NCBI GenBank assembly: GCA_021613535.1
Contig: CP075493.1
Coordinates: 6,200,001 to 6,264,000, forward strand
DNA length: 64,000 bases
DNA from: Adineta vaga
Taxonomy: Eukaryota; Animalia; Rotifera
Direction: 5' to 3'
The translations under genes were made by a program, and so were the position numbers. The notes beneath the pieces are model-generated. The model ran no database searches. It was not told where the DNA came from and saw nothing but the letters and a program-made list of their open reading frames with translations. How positions within the stretch are numbered: the stretch's first letter is position 1; each line of letters begins with the position of its first letter. Positions 56,058 to 64,000 of this stretch are shown here, one piece after another.

Positions 56058-56591
56058 GAAAAAAAGAAAGAAAACGTTGATAGAAAAAAAGACGATTGAT
56101 ACATATATTTTTTTTTCCTCTTATGTACATAAACATCGAATTCGATGCATATGCAATATGTGAAATAAAAAAAGACATATTTTCGTTAGGATTTATTACA
56201 ATTCAATCTCGAAAATTATTATTTCGCTTGATGACATACCACACACTACCTGTTGTTTTGCATGATTATAATTGATAAACAGGAGAAAAAACACTATCGT
56301 CAGCTGATCATTGGAGAAGCCTTATCTTTTGTTCTCATCTGTCATGTGTGATGTAACCAGTGACAGAGACAAACTTTGCTCTTGTCCATGGACTTTCGAT
56401 ACAATATTAGTACAAATTTTCGTTTATGATATTCAAAAAGTTCGTTGAGTTTAGAGATTAAACTAACATGAAGAAAGCTCGTGCAATGCCGTCATACATG
56501 AATTAATGAAAGTGTGTACTCTTTAGAATAATCATTGCAAGCAATGTTTTAATAATAAAAACAATACAAATAGAAGAACAAAAGTCAACTG

Positions 56592-58506
56592 TTATTTTGT
56601 AAGTGGTAATTTATAATTAGGAAAAAGTTTCGTTGAACAAACACCGAAACACTCCATCATTGGTCGGTTTACTTGAGAAAAATGACCACCGGTAAGACGT
56701 TCAAGAAATTTATAATAAGCTGGACGCATTGCTTGTGGTTCAACAAGTGCAGCATGAAAGACAAGTGCTGTCGATAAAGCATAAAGAATCGAATCAAAAT
56801 ACGATAGAAATGGAAGTTTTCCTTGATGAGCATATTTCAAATAGATGGTCTAAAACAAAATAAATCAGTTAGCTATGTCTTTCTTTTTTTTGTTTTGTTT
56901 GAAAACGAACTTCAATTAATTTTGCCATCATATACATCGCTAATGTTGAACTTTTGAAAAATAACATAGAAAATCCAGCTAAATAACCAGCAAGAAGGCC
57001 ATGTTCAGGGCGATCGTATTTAAGAATATTACGCAGTAAACAACTGATTAACTGTATGAAAATAAAATAGATATCGGTAATGAAAGAGTATGTTTTTAAA
57101 TAGAGAAAAAGCAACGTACTCGATAAATTGCTGAGTAAAAGCCAAGAAATTTTCCTAGATTGAAGACATTTCGATTTAATGTAGAGAAAAATAATAACGG
57201 ATGACGAAGAAATCGAAGTGGAGAACTTGTTAAATGTAAAAGTAATTGAATTAACACACCAATAGAAAAACGTTTGGCAAAACCCTAAAATAAAATTGAA
57301 TTTTTCGAAAAAGAATTTAATTAAATTTTCATTTTACCAAAAGAACATGTAGAAAACAATGATATTTGTGTTTACAAATTGGCTGATTTCTATTCTGAAT
57401 CTGTGGCCAATTTTGAACACGTTTTAAATATTTATAAAATAATGCGAAATATATATTGTTCTTTTTCTTTGATATTGGTAATACTTCAGGCTCCTTCGGA
57501 GGCGCACATTCATCTTTACCAATTAGTAATCTTAAATAACGTTGATAGAAAAAACGAATTTAGATCGATTGAAAAACTAATCTTACATATTCATTAGAAT
57601 ACATACTTGATCGTAGAAAATAACAAAGTATTATGTTTATGTTCTGATGTTGTTCTAAAATAATGACAATAATTCATTTCAGTAACATACATTTGCCTTT
57701 CACTTACTTTAGAATATATGTATAGATTGCAGAAGCAACAGAGAATAGAAGTATCTATAATATCAGTATTTTATTTCAATTTTATAGATCAGATAAAAAA
57801 TTTACTTCTCCATTATGTAATGGTGTATATAATTTGCGTTGAACACCCATTTTAAATAAAACTTCAACTGCCTATATATATATATATGAATAGATAGATT
57901 CAGTAGTTCAATCCTTGAATAAAAACCTACTAAATTTGCCATATAAAGAGCTAATGCACCACGTCTAGAAATAGAAGACAAAATCATTTCCGATTAAAAA
58001 TTTTCCTTCAATCAAGTTTACCGTTGTTTACGTTCGATCAGAATAGCAGGAAGAGTACAAAATATTCCATCAATATACAGATTATAGTATCCAATATGAC
58101 CACAAATTCGTCTAAATAAATACTAAACAATCTTCATAATCCTCGTATTAATTATTCATCTTCTATACCGTCCGGCACAACATATAGGCATAAATAAAAA
58201 TCCTTGAATACCTAAAAAAATTGTCGACCGAATTGTATCATAAGTTAATCGAGTCAGGAACTCTCGTAGTTCTTTGAGTGTTTTAATTTTTCGTAATTTG
58301 ATTAATCCTGTAACCTGAAAAGAAAGTTTTTCTTTGACAAAAATCAAACAGTTAACTCTCACTCCATATAGAACACAATAGATTTTAAATGATTCTCGAA
58401 ATGCTGGTTTTGTCAATTCCCATGCAGCTGGTATGCAATTATCATGCCAAGGATGTAAAACTTGATGACATTCATAAGGTAATACAGATCGTGATTGAAC
58501 GGACAT
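56592..58506 (-). CDS. TMEM135: Transmembrane protein 135-like (PMP52)
   Basis: CHQVLHPW..C, ESFKIY, ERKQRRGALALYMANL, CKHKYHC, AGYLAGFSMLF, LYALSTALVFHAALVEP..RPAYYKFL. Confidence 0.88.
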
Positions 58507-59529
58507 GATCTGAAATGTTTTAGATTTATCTTTTTCCTAAATTTTATCAGATTTCAGAAGCACATTGACATTGATAACAGTAGAACACTTCTATTGGTTA
58601 AGAATCGATCAATCATAGAGAGAAAAACTTCGAAATTTTTTTTTTGATTAAATTCAATTCAATGAGAAGAATTCTTAAGTTGTTTTGTTTTGTTTTGATG
58701 CTATAGAAACATTCGCTTTGACTGCGTACTATTCAGATAGTTGCCGCTAGTTGATTGAATATTAAAGAATTTGAACAGTTGAAATGAATGAACAAATAAC
58801 TTTACTATTATATGTGAAGACAGAAACTATTTCGTTTTCTATTATGGTCAAAAGTACAGATTCCAGTTTTTAGTTGGATAAGAAGAGAATAGAAGTAGAT
58901 CAAAATATATCCAGGGAATGTTTCTGTACATATCATCATCGCAGTAAGTACTTCCAATCTGTACATATATGATTGGTATATAGATCGATTTTTTGCTATA
59001 AAATCGATCATAGATAGAGGACGAAATTGCGTCTTTAGAAGTGATTGTCATCGTTAATTATTATAGACATTAATTTATCATTATTTCTTCGAAATATACA
59101 TTGAATAGACGTGAAAATTAGTAATTAACTATATGTTCAAATGAAGGGAGGAGGTCAAAAACAAGTATTTCGATTGGTCCAGAATAATTGAGATGTGCTA
59201 TTCCGTCTTTTGTACATAGAATTAAGTGTATGGAAGTATTTGTCGTTCTCTTCTCTTCTCTCACTCTTTTTCTCTTGTGTTTACAGAAGCAGTAACAGCC
59301 AGGACGATCATTACAGCTACCATTCTATTCACTCGTCTAAAAACAGCGTATTGAATTATTTTCTTGGTTACATATCGGCAGTTGCGTACAAATATCCTTC
59401 AACAAATTTACATCGATTTCTATCGAACAAGAAAAGGTAATTTGATGATTTATATTTCTAATGATTGAATGACTATGTATTAATCTTCACTATCTTTGCT
59501 TTCGACTAATATTTTATCGAATGCGTAGA

Positions 59530-59660
59530 AAGAAATGCGTCACTATAAAAAAACTAGAAATTAACCAGTGATAGACACGAATAGATTCATCCATTGCGTC
59601 AGCGTACGCATAGTACTACGACGTAAACTGACGTGGTGATGATGAGTCATTGATTTGATT
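59530..59660. promoter_or_regulatory. Candidate bZIP (AP-1/CRE/ATF) site cluster in the ACSL 5' region
   Basis: TGCGTCA twice, TGACGTGG and ATGAGTCAT within ~130 bp. Confidence 0.35.
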
Positions 59661-59924
59661 CATAAATAACATAGATATTCTTTTCGTACATTTTAGTCTG
59701 TAATGTATGTCATGCATACATTGAAAAGAAATCAAAAATCCTTTTTCAGTTTTCTTTTCATCCTTTCCATGTTGCTGTAGTAACATTCATCCTTTACTTG
59801 TTTTCGTTATGTCTAAATTGATTTTTACTTTTCAATGTGTTTCTGTTTCTCTTAGTTTGCATCTACACATATTTTTCTGCTTTATTAATTAATCAATTAA
59901 CTAACTAATCACAACCAGTACAAC

Positions 59925-62900
59925 ATGGACAAAATGTTAACAGAAAATAATCTCTCATCTTCTTTACAGACAACATTAGCTGTTGGTGGTGCTGTTGCAC
60001 TCGTTGCAGGAGCAGTTATTCATCGTCATAAAGATAAATTATCATCATTTCTTGTAGAAAATCTTACAAACGAAGAAATGCATCAACAAATTAATTGGCA
60101 AGAAATGAGTATTTCAGCTAAGGTTAGTAAAACTATGTCAATTGGAAGAAAGAATATTATTCTTCTGATTTTTTGCTAACGGAAGAGAACGATCGTCTAT
60201 CACAGTACATGTCAATAGGGGGTGTGGAGTCTGAATCATTTCTAAATACGAGACATCCATGAGTCATTGAAAAACACTTGAATTTATTTTTAGACACAAG
60301 GATGTTCAGAAGCACGTGTTGCTGCTACACTCGGTTCACGACCATTGATAAGCACCGGTAAATGTGGTAATACAGTATTTACAACATTTTACGAAGGCTT
60401 CAAAAATGGTAAAGAAATTGCGAATAAACGTGGTAAGTTCAATCATTTTTGCTTCTGTATTTTGTTGATCTACGATTTCTGTATTATTAGGAGATGGAAA
60501 ATGTTTGGGATATCGAGTTGATCGTCAATCAGAATATGAATGGGTGACATACGATGCAGTATGTAACAAAATTTAATCCTTTTATTCAACAAAAAGAACT
60601 AATTCGTATCTTGATGATTGTAGACAGAACGTGCAGCTAACGAAATCGGTAGTGGACTTATTCAATTAGGTGAAAAACATGGACAAGATACATTTATTGG
60701 TATCTATGCAACTAATAGTGTTGAAGTAAGATTCTTTTAATTTGATGAAAATCTTTTTAATTTCTTTATTTTGTAGTGGATAACTACAGCAATTGCATGT
60801 CATTTTCATAGTATGATCTATGTACCTCTCTATGATACACTTGGAGAACCAGCTATTGTTCATATTATTAATCAGAGTATGAATATTGTCTTGTGTTTTA
60901 AGTATTATCTTTAATATATTGTTGGTATTTTATAGCTTCATTGAAAACAATTTTCGTTGATAAACCGGAAAATATTTTAATATTACTTAAACTCATTGAT
61001 CAAGTTCCAACATTAAAACGAATTGTATTAACAAAAAAATTAGAAGATGATAAAGAAACTGAAATTAGACAGAAAGCAAAACAAATTGGAATTGAAATCG
61101 TAACATTTAGCGAATTACAAGTACGAAAATTTCTTTGTTCAAAAAAATCAAAATTATATTCTTTGTTTCATCTAGGAACTTGGTCGATCCAAACCAGTTG
61201 CACATCATGTAAGAAAATTATCGAATCGCAAAAGATTTATCTATAGAATTGATTATTTTAGCCACCAAAACCTGATGATATCTTTGAAATTTGTTATACA
61301 AGTGGAACAACAGGTTTACCAAAAGGTGCGATGTTAACAAATAAGAATATTGTCTCGTTGATACAATCAGCAACTGAATTTTTCGTAAGAAAATATTTGA
61401 AAACAAAACCATTCATATGCCGTTTATTTCATTGTTTAGCAACCTGTTTTCGGTGAATTGGAAACATTAATTTCATATTTACCATTGGCTCATTCCTATG
61501 AACAAACCATTGAAGTAAATTTCGAAATGAATTACATGTTCTAAATATATTTGTTTCTTTAGCTTTATTGTTTAAGTAATGGATTCAAAATTGGTTATTA
61601 TATGGGTGATGTTCGTCAATTAGCTGATGATCTTGCTCATTTAAAACCGACGTTAATGCCATGTGTACCACGACTTCTTAATCGAATGGTGAGATATTGA
61701 ATTCAGTGATGAAAGAAGAAGAAAAAAACGATGATATTTTTCACTTTAGTACGATAATATTCAAGCAACTATTCGTCAATTAAGTCCATTGAAACGTTAT
61801 TTATTTCAAATGGCTCTATCAGCAAAAGGAAATGATGTTGATAAACATCGTGTTACGCGTCATATGCTTTGGGATGGTTTAGTTTTGAAACGTATTCAAG
61901 AACGTCTTGGTGGACGAGTGAAATTAATTGTTAGTGGTGCTGCACCATTATCACCATCAATTCTTCAATTTCTCAAACGTGTTTGTGGAGCATATGTTGT
62001 TGAAGGTTATGGTCAAACAGAATGTTGTGGTGTATCAACATGTCAAACATTAGGTGATCCAACTGTTGGAAATATTGGTGTGCCATTACATTGTAATATG
62101 ATTAAATTAGCTGATGTACCTGACATGCAATATTATGCAAAGGATAACGTAGGAGAATTATGTATTAAAGGACCAAATGTATTTAAAGGTTATTATCGAG
62201 ATGAAGAAAAAACACGAGAAGCTATTGATAGTGACGGATGGTTACATACAGGTGATATTGCTAAATGGACAGCGGTAAGAAAACGAAGTTTTATGAGAGA
62301 TTAAAGTAAAATATTTGATGTTTAGACTGGTCAAATTCAAATTGTTGATCGAAAGAAACATATGTTTAAATTAGCTCAAGTATGTAAATATTAACATTGA
62401 ATTCGATGTTATTTCTTATTCTCTTATATTTTAGGGAGAATATGTTGCACCAGAACGTATTGAAAATATTTACATTCATAGTAAATATATTGCTCAAGTA
62501 TTTGTTTATGGCAATGGTTATAAGGTAAAATAGATGAAATGATTTGTTTTGATTCTTTATTGGTATTTTCATTGTCTAGAGTTATACAGTAGCTATTATT
62601 GTACCTGATGCTGAAGTACTTGAAAAATATGCACGAGAAAAGAATATTTCAAGTGATATGACAGAATTATGCAAGAAAAAAGAAATCAAAGATTTAATCG
62701 TTCGTGATATGAAACAATTGGAAAAAGAAAATTCATTGAAAGGTTTCGAAATGGTAAGTTATTTTTATTGCTTGATGAATTGTTCATAGTTAGTTTTGTT
62801 GTACATTTCTAGGTTAAAGATATCTATCTTCATCCAGAACAATTTTCAGTTGAAAACAATCTTTTAACACCAACAATGAAAACTAAACGACCTGAATTAG

Positions 62901-62950
62901 GCAAATATTTTGAAAAAGAAATCGAAGAAATGTATCAAAATATTGAATAA
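59925..62950 (+). CDS. Long-chain-fatty-acid--CoA ligase (ACSL1/5/6-like), many exons
   Basis: [88 protein letters not shown]. Confidence 0.95.
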
Positions 62951-63076
62951 GATATTTCTTATACATTTTCTCATCTTTCCAGTCAGATATTGTATTCATC
63001 GAAAATATGAATATCAACTTTTCTTTCTCTTTTGTTTACGTAAAAAATTTTCCATATTTGTTTTATTCCATATATA

Positions 63077-63094
63077 TGTGTGTGTGTGTGTGTG
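63077..63094. repeat. (TG)n microsatellite in the ACSL 3' region
   Basis: TGTGTG run seen directly. Confidence 0.75.
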
Positions 63095-63910
63095 TATTTC
63101 AGGCGATATTATTATTTGCTCATTCTTCTCTAAGTATCATTTGATATGACTACATTGAATCTCGAAATAACTGTTTCTTTACTTTTGTCTTTTGTGTAAT
63201 CAACAGATGATCTTGGAGAATGAACTATGGAGATGTTTTTTTTTGGTTATTTGTTTCTTTATTCTCTTGTTTTTGGTTTTATTCTATGTGTGAGGGTGAT
63301 GTTTTTTTATATTTTTAACGTAACATATATGTTTCATCATGTTTGAAAAAAAATCAAGAAAATAAAATAAAAAAGGGTAACTACCATTTAATTAGATTGA
63401 TGTTGACAAACTCTAAAATGACAGATTCAAACAGACAAGTTTTACTAATTGACTGTAGAAATTGCGTGTTATTCACTTGAATCGGTAGTTGATATTCTTT
63501 AATTTTACATTATTACCATCTGTTTTTCAGTTATATAAAAGCTATTGAAGATCCATTCGAACATTTAAAACTTTTTTTCGATTAATTTTGAAACCTGACG
63601 AGAAACAATTGACAAATATGCAAAAAATTCTCTTAATTCTTTCTTCTACTTCAATGCCATTGATTCGTTTAATTATATAATTGATAGTCATTGTCTATCA
63701 TCAACTGCCATCTATCGTGTCAATGGATATGATTTGTTTGTTTTGAACAGCTGTATTCAAATGTACATTGTTCTTAGACTGAGAACAATATTTTCTCATT
63801 TGATTGATCTTTTCTTCTTTTGAATGGAATTAAATTATTCTTGCTTTTTGATATAATTTAGATAATAGATTCTATTTTTTTTTTGTTTAAACCGGTGTAC
63901 AAAACAGCAA

Positions 63911-64000
63911 ATGATGGATACAAATCGTGTAAATCTTTCGGCAAAAGATGAAGCTTTATTAATCTTAGAATATTTGGAGAATGAACAGATGTCGAAAACA
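63911..64000 (+). CDS. 5' end of a LisH-motif protein (NPAT/Mxc-like N-terminus), cut by the window end
   Basis: Open frame MMDTNRVNLSAKDEALLILEYLENEQMSKT with a LisH-like LILEYL..E...T pattern. Confidence 0.45.
   Translation, partial: MMDTNRVNLSAKDEALLILEYLENEQMSKT

Noticed and set aside
57339-57540. Suspected frameshift in a TMEM135 exon
   Set aside because: Re-reading shows the exon is open in a single frame.

Overview
This is gene-dense, very AT-rich eukaryotic (animal) DNA with many short (~50-65 nt) GT-AG introns. The intron size, the ART-TPR and 'EKWLPY' proline-rich families and an intronless bacterial-type GNAT suggest a bdelloid rotifer; this is an inference, not confirmed. About 20 genes can be reconstructed: KATNIP, a WWE-WGR PARP, MYCBPAP, RNF220-like, cyclin L, OCRL/INPP5B, syntaxin-5, COG3, a tandem GNAT, an ADP-ribosyltransferase-TPR protein, RPB8, VCP/p97, ELP1, PGS1, TMEM135, ACSL, orphan genes and the start of a LisH protein. 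A mago nashi pseudogene (missed by the ORF track) and a GMC-oxidoreductase relic are also present. Highlights: (1) an operon-like ELP1-mago-PGS1 array with 65 and 51 nt spacers and unpaired splice acceptors just before the ATGs, a candidate SL trans-spliced polycistron; (2) a candidate horizontally acquired GNAT tail-to-tail with a large R-S-E ART-TPR protein; (3) a GC-rich structured element in an RPB8 intron; (4) a long stop-laden cyclin L intron at the position used for regulated splicing in vertebrates; (5) a 40-52 kb block with several frameshifts (VCP tail, proline-rich gene, ELP1 twice) and decayed genes. No CRISPR array, tRNA, rRNA or intact transposon was seen. Coordinates of spliced genes are manual and give the outer span.
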